DNA of 64,000 bases from Escherichia phage vB_EcoM_JE01, in sequence record PQ471460.1. The stretch is one strand, 5' to 3'. The position numbers and the translations under genes were made by a program. Under the pieces are notes generated by a model, which ran no database searches, was not told where the DNA came from, and saw only the letters and a program-made list of their open reading frames with translations. This document shows, one piece after another, positions 18,248 to 27,712 of this stretch. Numbering within the stretch: position 1 is the stretch's first letter; each line of letters starts with the position of its first letter.

Positions 18248-18542
18248 GATTGAAGTCTATGGAATTCCAGATGAAGTAGGTCGTTGTCCTGGATGTCAAT
18301 CAGTTACAAAACTTCTAAAGGAGCTCAATGCTCCTTTTACTTTCTATAAAGTTCTTACAAATAATGGTAAGATCGAGTATGATCGTCCATTGATTGTATC
18401 TCTTGCTAAACGCGCTGGATTCACATCTCTTAACATTCGTTATCCAGTCATTTTCATTAATGATTCTAGACAAAAGAACATTAAACACTTCAAAGAAACT
18501 CTCATTTCACTTGGATATGATAGAGATATCATAGAAGACTAA
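18219..18542 (+). CDS. nrdH: glutaredoxin-like protein (NrdH-like), probable GTG start
   Basis: No in-frame ATG; GTG at 18219 lies 10 nt after AGGA; CPGC redox motif (...VYGIPDEVGRCPGCQSV...). Confidence 0.55.
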   Translation: MEQNSNLKNKIEVYGIPDEVGRCPGCQSVTKLLKELNAPFTFYKVLTNNGKIEYDRPLIVSLAKRAGFTSLNIRYPVIFINDSRQKNIKHFKETLISLGYDRDIIED

Positions 18543-18545
18543 GAC

Positions 18546-18570
18546 GGGCCCTCTGGGCCTTTCTTTCTCA
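18546..18570 (+). terminator. candidate terminator hairpin with T-rich tail
   Basis: ggccc-tct-gggcc followed by TTTCTTTCTC; loop is short, so weak. Confidence 0.35.
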
Positions 18571-18638
18571 CATTCTGTATATTACCATTCTAACTATCAT
18601 TCGCTTCTTATCATTCCCTAAAATAATTTTCACAAAGT

Positions 18639-18669
18639 TGTTTACAAGAAGTTCAAACTGTGGTATTAT
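18639..18669 (+). promoter_or_regulatory. T4-type early promoter
   Basis: GTTTAC, about 19 nt, TGGTATTAT. Confidence 0.55.
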
Positions 18670-18867
18670 TAACATATGAATTGCCTTTGAGGATTTGATA
18701 TGGTTGATAAAGAGATTAAAAGGATCAGTATTATCGTGTTAACGGACATATTGTTATTGTTACAGCAGTAGATGATCTAGATGTTCATTATACTGTACTT
18801 AAATGGAACAAACAGATGATTTGTGACCGTGCTGTATTTAGTTCAGTTGCTAAGGAAATTAAACTCC

Positions 18868-19161
18868 ATGGGTAAAACGTATCGTCGTAAAGACTTGAAA
18901 GTTCGTGATTATGACTATTTCGGAAAGCGTAAAGCTCCTGATGGTGTAAGTCATAAAGATATGGTTGAAAACATTTTTCGCTCAGATAAATGGCGTAGAA
19001 TGAAAGGCATTGATTCAGAAGTTAAAGATGAGCTAAATCGTCAATTACGTAATGAAGTAAGAAAGTTGAAAAAATCAGTTTACATTGATGATGATTTTGA
19101 TTATAATACTTCTCAACGAGTTGCTAAACGTAAATCAAACGAGTGCTATCGTTACAGCTGA
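18868..19161 (+). CDS. hypothetical basic protein
   Basis: 97-aa ORF from first ATG after AAGGAA. Confidence 0.45.
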   Translation: MGKTYRRKDLKVRDYDYFGKRKAPDGVSHKDMVENIFRSDKWRRMKGIDSEVKDELNRQLRNEVRKLKKSVYIDDDFDYNTSQRVAKRKSNECYRYS

Positions 19162-19168
19162 GGAAAAT

Positions 19169-19369
19169 ATGAATCCTGAATCTAAATTATCGCAACGAAT
19201 TGCCGAAGCTCGTCGTCAGTTCTTTGAAAATATGATAGCCCAGGGTATTGATGACGAAGTTTTTCTAAACTGGTTTTGGAATCACAAATATTCAAGCTGT
19301 TCAGGGGCAATATTAATATCAGCCGCAATGATGTACGAAGGCTGGAAGGGTGCCAAACAGTTTAGCTAA
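19169..19369 (+). CDS. hypothetical small protein
   Basis: 66-aa ORF; SD GAGGAAA. Confidence 0.45.
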   Translation: MNPESKLSQRIAEARRQFFENMIAQGIDDEVFLNWFWNHKYSSCSGAILISAAMMYEGWKGAKQFS

Positions 19370-19386
19370 GGGCTTCGGCCCTTTTT
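19370..19386 (+). terminator. rho-independent terminator (UUCG hairpin + T-run)
   Basis: gggc-ttcg-gccc TTTTTGG. Confidence 0.65.
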
Positions 19387-19421
19387 GGATAATAAAATTT
19401 TAACGCAATTGAGGATAATGT

Positions 19422-19748
19422 ATGACTATTCAAATTAAAAACGCCATCAATTCTTACGCATATGATAAAGTAGTTTCTTTGCTAGAAAAAGGCGATATTG
19501 TAACTCCTCAAATTTTGGATAAATGGGAAAAAGAGCTTCATCAGACGATGAAACAGAATGATCAGAAGATTGGACGCAATACTGTCCGTGAATTGTTGGT
19601 TCAATATATCTTGTCAGAATTTGATGTTAAAGCTTTTGGTGTAGAATCTAAAGCTTATCAAAAACATGAAATTTCTGATAAAACTATTCGTCGTATGAAA
19701 AATCAACGCAAGAAAAAATTTGCTGACCTGAAAATTGCTAAGGTATGA
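19422..19748 (+). CDS. hypothetical protein
   Basis: 108-aa ORF; SD GAGGATAA. Confidence 0.5.
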   Translation: MTIQIKNAINSYAYDKVVSLLEKGDIVTPQILDKWEKELHQTMKQNDQKIGRNTVRELLVQYILSEFDVKAFGVESKAYQKHEISDKTIRRMKNQRKKKFADLKIAKV

Positions 19749-19966
19749 ATATGAACGAAGCTCTTATTAACGATTTGCGTCTTGCCGGATATGAAGTAAA
19801 TACAAACGGCATTGGTTTAACTCAAATTGAAGGAAATGGATTCATCCTTGAGTATGAATTTAGCCAATGGTGGTTATACGCTAATTACGGCGAATTGATT
19901 GAATATGTTGATCAGTTTGATTCACTAGATGCAGCTCTTGAAGCGGCTAAGTTGATGAATGCATGA
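19745..19966 (+). CDS. hypothetical small protein
   Basis: 73-aa ORF. Confidence 0.45.
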   Translation: MNMNEALINDLRLAGYEVNTNGIGLTQIEGNGFILEYEFSQWWLYANYGELIEYVDQFDSLDAALEAAKLMNA

Positions 19967-20232
19967 AATTTATTAATATTTCTATTACTATTGAAAATTA
20001 TGGAATTTTCTATGTTGATCAATATATGAAAATTTCATTTTTCCCAAATAAGACTGGTGTTGGATATTGGGAAAGCCATGTTTCTGAATTAAATGAAAGT
20101 GAATATGTTAGCACACATGAAAAGTTTTTAGACTTTTTATATCGTGCTGATTTAACTAGTCATTACATAGATATTCATGAATTTAAAAAGATGATGGAGA
20201 AAGTGTTCCAAGCATACTGTTTACTTAGATAA
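19963..20232 (+). CDS. hypothetical small protein
   Basis: 89-aa ORF. Confidence 0.45.
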   Translation: MKFINISITIENYGIFYVDQYMKISFFPNKTGVGYWESHVSELNESEYVSTHEKFLDFLYRADLTSHYIDIHEFKKMMEKVFQAYCLLR

Positions 20233-20310
20233 CTGGTATCCTCTATGCTTTAAGATAGATCTTCAAATATTATGATATAATAGATCTATGAATTGAGCTA
20301 AGAGGTGAAA

Positions 20311-20868
20311 ATGTCAGAAACTAAGCCTAAATATAATTACGTAAACAATAAAGAGCTTTTACAAGCTATTATTGATTGGAAAACAGAATTAGCAAATAAT
20401 AAAGACCCAAATAAAGTAGTTCGTCAGAATGATACTATCGGATTAGCCATTATGCTTATTGCAGAAGGCTTATCTAAACGTTTCAACTTTTCAGGATACA
20501 CCCAGTCTTGGAAACAAGAAATGATTGCAGATGGTATAGAAGCTTCTATTAAAGGACTTCATAATTTTGATGAAACGAAATATAAAAACCCACATGCATA
20601 TATAACTCAAGCTTGTTTTAATGCATTCGTCCAACGTATTAAAAAAGAACGTAAGGAAGTTGCAAAGAAATATAGTTACTTCGTTCACAATGTCTATGAC
20701 AGTCGTGACGACGATATGGTTGCGTTAGTAGATGAAACTTTTATTCAAGACATCTACGATAAAATGACGCATTACGAAGAATCAACCTATAGAACACCAG
20801 GGGCTGAAAAGAAAAGTGTTGTAGACGATTCTCCTAGTTTGGATTTTTTATATGAGGCTAACGATTAA
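20311..20868 (+). CDS. 55: late-transcription sigma factor gp55
   Basis: 185 aa; [31 protein letters not shown]... matches recalled T4 gp55; SD AAGAGGTG. Confidence 0.9.
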
Positions 20869-21070
20869 CCTCTCCGGATTCTTGGAAGAAATACCTGAAG
20901 TTGAAGCTATTCCCTATTTACTTAAAATGTATCTCAGGGAAGTTTTAGCTCTTGACATTGATATTGATCCAGAAAATCCGTATGATACCGCTTTTAAATC
21001 TAATGGTGTAGAATTAAACTATCGGTATCATTTAACAGATGATGATTTTTATTTTATATTAGAGAAATAA
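20852..21070 (+). CDS. hypothetical small protein
   Basis: 72-aa ORF overlapping end of gene 55. Confidence 0.4.
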
Positions 21071-21071
21071 T

Positions 21072-21389
21072 ATGACTGATAAACCCGAAATTAATGATGA
21101 AGTGGAAAAGCTTATTTCTTCTATTGAAGAAAAGAACCGTCTTGAAGCAGAAAGAAAAGCAAATAAGTTATTGTCTAAAAATAAACGCGAACTGAACCGT
21201 CTTTATAAGCACGCTCAGATTGCAGCTGAAAACAATAATTTTGCTCAATACGAATACGCTATCAAGAAAAGTCGGGATATTCTAAAACAGCCATATAACG
21301 ATGAACTCATTAGTATTCTTTGGAAGACTACTAGATCGCAGATTGAGGATATGATTGATGCTTACACACGTAAAATTCAAGCGTCTTAA
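21072..21389 (+). CDS. hypothetical protein
   Basis: 105-aa ORF. Confidence 0.5.
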   Translation: MTDKPEINDEVEKLISSIEEKNRLEAERKANKLLSKNKRELNRLYKHAQIAAENNNFAQYEYAIKKSRDILKQPYNDELISILWKTTRSQIEDMIDAYTRKIQAS

Positions 21390-21561
21390 AATTAACGCAG
21401 GATTTACTGAATCTTTGAATGGTCATCTTTGTGTGAAAATTTCTGAAAAAGAATACCATGATAGTTCAATTAAAGAAGTTAATCCTCCTATTGTAAGAGC
21501 AGACCCTAATATGAAAGTGTGGGTTGATTCTTATCAAGTCAAAAAATGGTGGCAACTGTGA
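21358..21561 (+). CDS. hypothetical small protein
   Basis: 67-aa ORF. Confidence 0.35.
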   Translation: MLTHVKFKRLKINAGFTESLNGHLCVKISEKEYHDSSIKEVNPPIVRADPNMKVWVDSYQVKKWWQL

Positions 21562-21564
21562 AAG

Positions 21565-21738
21565 ATGAACACCCAGACTTCTGAAATAGATTATAATAAA
21601 ATTCGTTCCTCTAAAGTAGAAATGATGAGACGCTTTAAAGAGTCTCATGATAAAGCTAAAGCAGAAGGAACTATAACATATAAGCGCATAAAATTTAGAA
21701 GCTCTAACGAGCCTTTGTATGGCGTATTATGCGGATAG
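21565..21738 (+). CDS. hypothetical small protein (57 aa)
   Basis: Short ORF ending at the UUCG hairpin. Confidence 0.35.
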   Translation: MNTQTSEIDYNKIRSSKVEMMRRFKESHDKAKAEGTITYKRIKFRSSNEPLYGVLCG

Positions 21739-21751
21739 GAGCTTCGGCTCC
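21738..21751 (+). terminator. UUCG-tetraloop hairpin (terminator or RNA 3'-end stabiliser)
   Basis: ggagc-ttcg-gctcc. Confidence 0.5.
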
Positions 21752-21756
21752 TATAT

Positions 21757-21780
21757 TGCTTTATAAATTTTTGGTAAAAT
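21757..21780 (+). promoter_or_regulatory. middle promoter (MotA box + -10)
   Basis: TGCTTTA, 12 nt, TAAAAT. Confidence 0.55.
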
Positions 21781-21804
21781 AAACCAAAACAATGAGGATA
21801 TTAA

Positions 21805-23007
21805 ATGAAAGTATGTATTTTTATGGCTCGAGGTCTTGAAGGTTGCGGTGTAACTAAATTTTCTCTTGAGCAGCGTGATTGGTTTATTAAAAATGGTCAT
21901 GAAGTAACTTTGGTTTATGCTAAAGATAAATCATTTACTCGTAATTGCGCGCATGATTATAAATCATTTTCAATTCCGGTTTTATTGGCAAAAGAATACG
22001 ATAAAACGCTTAAGCTGGTAAATGATTGTGATATTCTAGTTATCAATTCAGTTCCTGCTACTTCAGTCGAAGAAGACACAATTAATAACTATAAAAAAAT
22101 TATTGATAACATTAAACCTTCGGTTCGTGTTGTAGTTTATCAGCATGACCATTCTTCTCTTTCTTTGCGTCGAAATTTGGGATTAGAAGAAACTGTTCGT
22201 CGAGCTGATGTTATTTTTAGCCATTCTGATAATGGTGACTTTAATAAAGTTTTGATGAAAGAATGGTATCCGGAAACTGTTTCTCTGTTTGATGATATTG
22301 AAGAAGCACCGACCGTATATAACTTTCAGCCTCCTATGGATATTGCGAAGGTTCGATCAACCTACTGGAAAGATGTTTCTGAAATTAACATGAATATCAA
22401 TCGTTGGATTGGTCGTACTACTACATGGAAAGGTTTTTATCAGATGTTTGATTTTCACGAAAAACATCTTAAACCTGCAGGACTAAGTACTATTATGGAA
22501 GGTCTGGAACGTTCTCCAGCGTTCATTCCTATTAAAGAAAAAGGAATTCCATACGAGTATTATCGTCTTCATCAAGTAGACCAAATTAAAATTGCTCCTA
22601 ATTTGCCGACACAAATTCTCGACCGTTATGTAAATAGCGAAATGCTTGAACGCATGAGTAAATCCGGATTTGGTTATCAGCTGAGTAAATTAGATAAAAA
22701 ATATCTACAACGTTCTTTAGAATATACTCATCTCGAGCTTGGTGCATGTGGAACAATTCCGGTATTTTGGAAATCTACGGGCGAAAATTTAAAATTCCGT
22801 GTTGATAACACTCCATTAATTTCTCATGATAGCGGTATCGTTTGGTTTGATGAAAATGACATGGAATCAACATTTGAACGTATTAAAGAACTGTCATCTG
22901 ACCGAGCTCTTTATGACCGTGAACGTGAAAAATCTTATGAATTTTTGTATCAGCATCAAGATTCAAGCTTCTGCTTTAAAGAACAGTTTGACATTATTAC
23001 AAAATAA
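21805..23007 (+). CDS. a-gt: DNA alpha-glucosyltransferase
   Basis: 400 aa; MKVCIFMARGLEGCGVTKFSLEQRDWFIKNGHEV... matches recalled T4 alpha-gt. Confidence 0.9.
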   Translation: MKVCIFMARGLEGCGVTKFSLEQRDWFIKNGHEVTLVYAKDKSFTRNCAHDYKSFSIPVLLAKEYDKTLKLVNDCDILVINSVPATSVEEDTINNYKKIIDNIKPSVRVVVYQHDHSSLSLRRNLGLEETVRRADVIFSHSDNGDFNKVLMKEWYPETVSLFDDIEEAPTVYNFQPPMDIAKVRSTYWKDVSEINMNINRWIGRTTTWKGFYQMFDFHEKHLKPAGLSTIMEGLERSPAFIPIKEKGIPYEYYRLHQVDQIKIAPNLPTQILDRYVNSEMLERMSKSGFGYQLSKLDKKYLQRSLEYTHLELGACGTIPVFWKSTGENLKFRVDNTPLISHDSGIVWFDENDMESTFERIKELSSDRALYDREREKSYEFLYQHQDSSFCFKEQFDIITK

Positions 23008-23008
23008 A

Positions 23009-23020
23009 GGGCTTCGGCCC
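23009..23020 (+). terminator. UUCG-tetraloop hairpin
   Basis: gggc-ttcg-gccc followed by TTTAGCTTTA. Confidence 0.5.
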
Positions 23021-23023
23021 TTT

Positions 23024-23048
23024 AGCTTTATACGGAGTTTGATATAAT
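23024..23048 (+). promoter_or_regulatory. candidate middle promoter (MotA-like box + TATAAT)
   Basis: AGCTTTA, 12 nt, TATAAT; same hairpin/box module as 53855-53895. Confidence 0.5.
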
Positions 23049-23183
23049 GATATTTCTTGGATATGTGATACTTTTTCTTGCATTTTATCTATTCACCAGA
23101 GCGTGTTGGATTGGGTTCTTTAGCACTCCAGATGGATTTATTTCAATAATTTTATTTTGCATTTCAATGACGGTTCTTGATAT

Positions 23184-24203
23184 ATGAAAATTTTAAATTT
23201 AGGTGATTGGCATTTAGGCGTTAAAGCCGATGATGAGTGGATTCAATCGATCCAGTTGGATGGAATTAAGCAGGCGATAGAATATTCTAAGAAAAACGGA
23301 ATTACTACATGGATTCAATACGGTGATATTTTTGATGTGCGAAAAGCAATCACACATAAAACTATGGAGTTCGCCCGTGAAATAGTTCAAATGCTTGATG
23401 ATGTTGGTATTACCCTACATACTGTTGTAGGAAACCATGATATGCACTTTAAAAATACTTTAACTCCAAATGCTTCTACTGAGCTTTTGGCTAAATACCC
23501 TAATGTTAAAGTATATGATAAGCCTACTACAGTAGATTTTGACGGATGTTTGATTGATTTAATTCCTTGGATGTGCGAAGAAAATACTGGTGAAATTCTT
23601 GAACACATTAAAACTTCATCTGCTTCCTTTTGTGTCGGTCACTGGGAACTGAATGGATTTTATTTTTATAAAGGAATGAAATCTCACGGTCTTGAACCTG
23701 ATTTCCTTAAGACTTATAAAGAAGTGTGGTCTGGTCACTTCCATACTATCTCTGAGGCTGCTAACGTCAGATATATTGGGACACCATGGACACTAACTGC
23801 AGGTGACGAGAATGACCCTCGTGGGTTCTGGATGTTTGATACAGAAACAGAACGAATGGAATTTATTCCAAACAACACTACCTGGCATCGTCGAATTCAA
23901 TATCCATTTAAGGGAAAAATTGACTATAAAGATTTTACAAATCTATCAGTACGTGTTATAGTAACTGAGGTAGACAAAAATCTGACGAAGTTCGAATCTG
24001 AACTAGAAAAAGTTGTGCATTCATTACGAGTTGTGTCAAAGATTGATAACTCTGTCGAGTCAGATGATAGTGAAGAAGTTGAAGTTCAATCTCTTCAGAC
24101 ATTGATGGAAGAATACATTAATGCAATTCCAGACATCACTGATTCTGACCGTGAAGCACTTATTCAATATGCAAATCAGTTATATGTAGAGGCAACACAA
24201 TGA
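23184..24203 (+). CDS. 47: recombination endonuclease subunit gp47 (Mre11-like)
   Basis: 339 aa; phosphoesterase motifs LGDWHLG, GDIFD, GNHD. Confidence 0.95.
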   Translation: MKILNLGDWHLGVKADDEWIQSIQLDGIKQAIEYSKKNGITTWIQYGDIFDVRKAITHKTMEFAREIVQMLDDVGITLHTVVGNHDMHFKNTLTPNASTELLAKYPNVKVYDKPTTVDFDGCLIDLIPWMCEENTGEILEHIKTSSASFCVGHWELNGFYFYKGMKSHGLEPDFLKTYKEVWSGHFHTISEAANVRYIGTPWTLTAGDENDPRGFWMFDTETERMEFIPNNTTWHRRIQYPFKGKIDYKDFTNLSVRVIVTEVDKNLTKFESELEKVVHSLRVVSKIDNSVESDDSEEVEVQSLQTLMEEYINAIPDITDSDREALIQYANQLYVEATQ

Positions 24204-24463
24204 CTTTTGATGAATTTAAAAATGTTATGATGAGTCAGCATTTTGAATGCGAAGTAAAAGATGATATTGGGCATAAAGAAATTATTGAATATTGGTTTGA
24301 ACCACTAGAGGTTGAAGATAATTGTATTAAAAAGGTCACGGTCTGCACTGACTGGGCTGTATCTTTTAACTTCAACATTTTAGATAATGACACACCTAAA
24401 TCATTACAAGATATGGCTGTATCTTGTATTAAGGATGCATACTGTGAAGTTTTCGACATTTGA
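24200..24463 (+). CDS. hypothetical protein
   Basis: 87-aa acidic ORF between genes 47 and 46. Confidence 0.5.
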   Translation: MTFDEFKNVMMSQHFECEVKDDIGHKEIIEYWFEPLEVEDNCIKKVTVCTDWAVSFNFNILDNDTPKSLQDMAVSCIKDAYCEVFDI

Positions 24464-24650
24464 CATTAACGATGAATTCATAGCAAATATTGATTACACT
24501 GAAGAAGATTCTAGATATGTTGGAATAATTTATATCACATCAAAAGCAGCACAAGGTGCTGTTTGCATGGCTGAATTTGATGAATACTTTTTAGATTATG
24601 ATGATATGATAGAATGGTCTAAAAGATACATTAAAAGGAATCTTTTGTGA
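24435..24650 (+). CDS. hypothetical small protein (start uncertain; GTG at 24444 possible)
   Basis: About 70-aa ORF between genes 47 and 46. Confidence 0.3.
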   Translation: MHTVKFSTFDINDEFIANIDYTEEDSRYVGIIYITSKAAQGAVCMAEFDEYFLDYDDMIEWSKRYIKRNLL

Positions 24651-26335
24651 AGAATTTTAAACTAAACCGAGTTAGGTATCAAAATATAATGTCAGTAGGT
24701 GGAAATCCTATTGACATTCAACTAGATAAGGTTCAAAAAACTCTTATTACTGGACGAAATGGCGGTGGTAAGTCTACTATGTTAGAAGCCATCACATTTG
24801 GGCTTTTTGGCAAGCCATTTCGTGATGTAAAGAAAGGTCAATTAATAAACAGCACAAATAAGAAAGAACTTTTAGTTGAACTGTGGATGGAATATGATGA
24901 GAAAAAGTACTATATCAAAAGAGGGCAAAAACCAAACGTTTTCGAAATCACCGTTAACGGTACACGTCTTAATGAATCTGCCAGCAGTAAAGATTTCCAA
25001 GCAGAATTTGAACAGCTTATCGGAATGTCATACGCCAGTTTCAAACAGATCGTCGTACTCGGCACGGCTGGATATACCCCTTTCATGGGCCTATCCACTC
25101 CTGCAAGAAGAAAACTCGTCGAAGACCTTCTCGAAGTAGGAACATTAGCTGAAATGGATAAGCTTAATAAAGCACTAATACGTGAATTAAATTCACAAAA
25201 CCAAGTGCTTGATGTTAAAAAAGATAGTATTATCCAACAAATTAAAATATATAATGATAACGTTGAACGCCAGAAAAAATTAACTGGTGATAACCTTACT
25301 CGTTTGCAGAATATGTATGATGATTTGGCAAAAGAAGCTAGAACGCTAAAATCGGAAATAGAAGAAGCTAATGAAAGATTAGTTAATATTGTTTTGGATG
25401 AAGACCCGACTGATGCATTTAATAAAATCGGTCAAGAAGCATTTTTAATTAAATCAAAAATTGACTCGTATAATAAAGTCATTAATATGTATCACGAAGG
25501 TGGATTATGTCCAACCTGTTTGTCACAATTAAGTTCCGGTGATAAAGTTGTTTCTAAAATTAAAGATAAAGTTTCTGAATGCACGCATTCGTTTGAACAG
25601 CTTTCAACACATCGTGATAATTTAAAAGTTCTTGTCGATGAATACCGAGATAATATTAAAACCCAACAGTCATTGGCAAATGATATTCGCAATAAAAAGC
25701 AATCTCTAATCACGACGGTAGATAAAGCTAAAAAAGTTAAAGCGGCTATAGAAAAAGCATCATCTGAGTTTATTGACCATGCTGATGAAATAGCACTGCT
25801 TCAAGAAGAACTTGATAAAATTGTTAAGACAAAAACTAATTTAGTAATGGAAAAATACCACAGAGGAATTTTGACTGACATGCTCAAAGATTCTGGTATT
25901 AAAGGTGCTATTATTAAAAAGTACATTCCATTATTTAATAAGCAGATTAACCATTATCTTAAAATAATGGAAGCGGATTATGTGTTTACATTAGATGAAG
26001 AATTTAATGAGACAATTAAATCCCGTGGTCGTGAAGATTTTAGTTATGCTTCATTTAGTCAAGGTGAAAAAGCACGAATTGATATTGCTCTTTTATTTAC
26101 TTGGCGTGATATTGCTGAAAAAGTTTCAGGTGTTAAAATAAGCTGTTTATTTCTTGATGAAGTATATGACGGTGCATTTGATGCTGAAGGTATTAAAAAT
26201 GTAGCTAAAATTTTAGATGGTTTGAAGGATACCAACTTCTTCATAATTTCGCATAAAGACCATGACCCACAAGAATATGGTCAGCATATTCAGATGGAAA
26301 AAGTTGGTAGATTTAGTTTAGCTAAGATTAGCTAG
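24647..26335 (+). CDS. 46: recombination endonuclease subunit gp46 (Rad50/SbcC-like ATPase)
   Basis: 562 aa; Walker A GRNGGGKST, central coiled coil with CPTC zinc hook, Walker B LFLDEV; GTG start. Confidence 0.95.
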   Translation: MKNFKLNRVRYQNIMSVGGNPIDIQLDKVQKTLITGRNGGGKSTMLEAITFGLFGKPFRDVKKGQLINSTNKKELLVELWMEYDEKKYYIKRGQKPNVFEITVNGTRLNESASSKDFQAEFEQLIGMSYASFKQIVVLGTAGYTPFMGLSTPARRKLVEDLLEVGTLAEMDKLNKALIRELNSQNQVLDVKKDSIIQQIKIYNDNVERQKKLTGDNLTRLQNMYDDLAKEARTLKSEIEEANERLVNIVLDEDPTDAFNKIGQEAFLIKSKIDSYNKVINMYHEGGLCPTCLSQLSSGDKVVSKIKDKVSECTHSFEQLSTHRDNLKVLVDEYRDNIKTQQSLANDIRNKKQSLITTVDKAKKVKAAIEKASSEFIDHADEIALLQEELDKIVKTKTNLVMEKYHRGILTDMLKDSGIKGAIIKKYIPLFNKQINHYLKIMEADYVFTLDEEFNETIKSRGREDFSYASFSQGEKARIDIALLFTWRDIAEKVSGVKISCLFLDEVYDGAFDAEGIKNVAKILDGLKDTNFFIISHKDHDPQEYGQHIQMEKVGRFSLAKIS

Positions 26336-27044
26336 GTTTATATTTACAGTTATCATTATGCCATCTTGATAAATTTCCGAAAGTGGTAACTTTACCACAA
26401 TGGACGCAAGTACCAGTCTTTTCAGTTTTCTTGCGTCCATTTGGATTTTTCTTGCAGAAATTTCTATGCGCTGCGATAACGCATTTCTTGCCTATCATTC
26501 CACAGAATTCGCAGGATGTTTCTTCAAGAACGATTGCTTTAAGCCCGTTTGAGATATTATTTCTGTGTTCTTTAGACATTGGTGGTCTAACTTTAGGATT
26601 AGGGTGATTTGGACAGTTATCAAAATGCCAACGATTCATATTCCCGCTTAATCCAGACTTACCGCAATGAGGACAAGTTAGTCTTGCTTTATTAGCTACT
26701 GCATCAGACATTTTCTTTCGTGTCTCCTGGGAGAATTCTTTGTTCTTTTCTATTTCCCAGAGTTTACGACGAATCCAACCGAAAGTTTTATTGTTGCGTT
26801 TAGCGTATTTCGTGGAAACTGTCATCATGTTAGCAGCATAGACTAATTTTGGTTCAGAAGGATAAATTTTTACTAAAAGTTGATGAGCTACATAGTGCTC
26901 TTCTGGCGTTAAATCTACTAAGTTTGAAGCATCATCACTACCGTTTAAACAGCGTGGTATAATGTGATGAGATTCAGTATAGCAATCAAGTTTTCGAGAT
27001 TTAGCATTAGAGATTAACTTTTCATAAATTAGTTTATAATTCAT
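26328..27044 (-). CDS. HNH homing endonuclease (mob-type)
   Basis: 238 aa on minus strand; ...ESHHIIPRCLNGSDDASNLVDLTPEEHYVAHQ... HNH core plus three C-terminal repeats of C-x-H/F-CGK...RWH-x-DNC. Confidence 0.8.
   Translation of the reverse strand: MNYKLIYEKLISNAKSRKLDCYTESHHIIPRCLNGSDDASNLVDLTPEEHYVAHQLLVKIYPSEPKLVYAANMMTVSTKYAKRNNKTFGWIRRKLWEIEKNKEFSQETRKKMSDAVANKARLTCPHCGKSGLSGNMNRWHFDNCPNHPNPKVRPPMSKEHRNNISNGLKAIVLEETSCEFCGMIGKKCVIAAHRNFCKKNPNGRKKTEKTGTCVHCGKVTTFGNLSRWHNDNCKYKPS
26328..27044 (-). mobile_element. free-standing homing endonuclease gene between genes 46 and rpbA
   Basis: Lone minus-strand gene in a + strand operon; HNH family. Confidence 0.6.
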
Positions 27045-27095
27045 AACATATCCTTTTGATACAGCGAGTGATAAACATATTTATACGGAGGAACT

Positions 27096-27287
27096 GTGGC
27101 AGAATATTCAACTGGACAGCATCTATTAACTATTCCTGAAATAAAACGATATATTCTGAGAAATAATTTTTCTAATGAAGAGCATATAGTTACTGAATCT
27201 ATGCTTAAGAATGCATTTAAATCAGAATATACGAAAATAATGTCCAACAGAAATGAAGCTTGGACTGTTACTGATTATTATGACTAA
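27096..27287 (+). CDS. hypothetical small protein
   Basis: 63-aa ORF; GTG start 7 nt after GGAGGA. Confidence 0.45.
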   Translation: MAEYSTGQHLLTIPEIKRYILRNNFSNEEHIVTESMLKNAFKSEYTKIMSNRNEAWTVTDYYD

Positions 27288-27296
27288 AGGTGTATT

Positions 27297-27686
27297 ATGA
27301 CTAAAATTACTGTGAATTATACTGTTGATGTAAAAGATATTCAGCCAAAACACGTGCGTTCTGAATCAAATCCACAAAACCAAAATAAAATTCGTCGAGC
27401 ATGGGTTTTGTCTCTTTCTGATAACGCAATGGAAGTTATTCAGAACAAAATTAAATCTGCACCTGCTCGTCATGCGTATTATGAAGCCATCGATCGTGAA
27501 GTGAGTGATAAATGGATTGAACTGATGCGCAAACATACAGCAGAATCTCTAAATGCTGGTGCCAAATTTATTATGACTTCATGTGGTGAGCGCCTTGAAG
27601 ATGATTATTGCGGTAATGCAGATGAACGTCTAATTGTTGCTGCTCAAATTGTTGCTGAAACAATTGCTGCTGATTTTAATCGTTAA
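27297..27686 (+). CDS. rpbA: RNA polymerase-binding protein RpbA
   Basis: 129 aa at the rpbA position before gene 45; length matches T4 RpbA. Confidence 0.7.
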   Translation: MTKITVNYTVDVKDIQPKHVRSESNPQNQNKIRRAWVLSLSDNAMEVIQNKIKSAPARHAYYEAIDREVSDKWIELMRKHTAESLNAGAKFIMTSCGERLEDDYCGNADERLIVAAQIVAETIAADFNR

Positions 27687-27687
27687 T

Positions 27688-27712
27688 TGCTTTATTAAAT
27701 TAGTTATAAAAT
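27688..27712 (+). promoter_or_regulatory. candidate middle promoter for gene 45
   Basis: TGCTTTA box followed 10-12 nt later by TATAAAAT. Confidence 0.45.
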
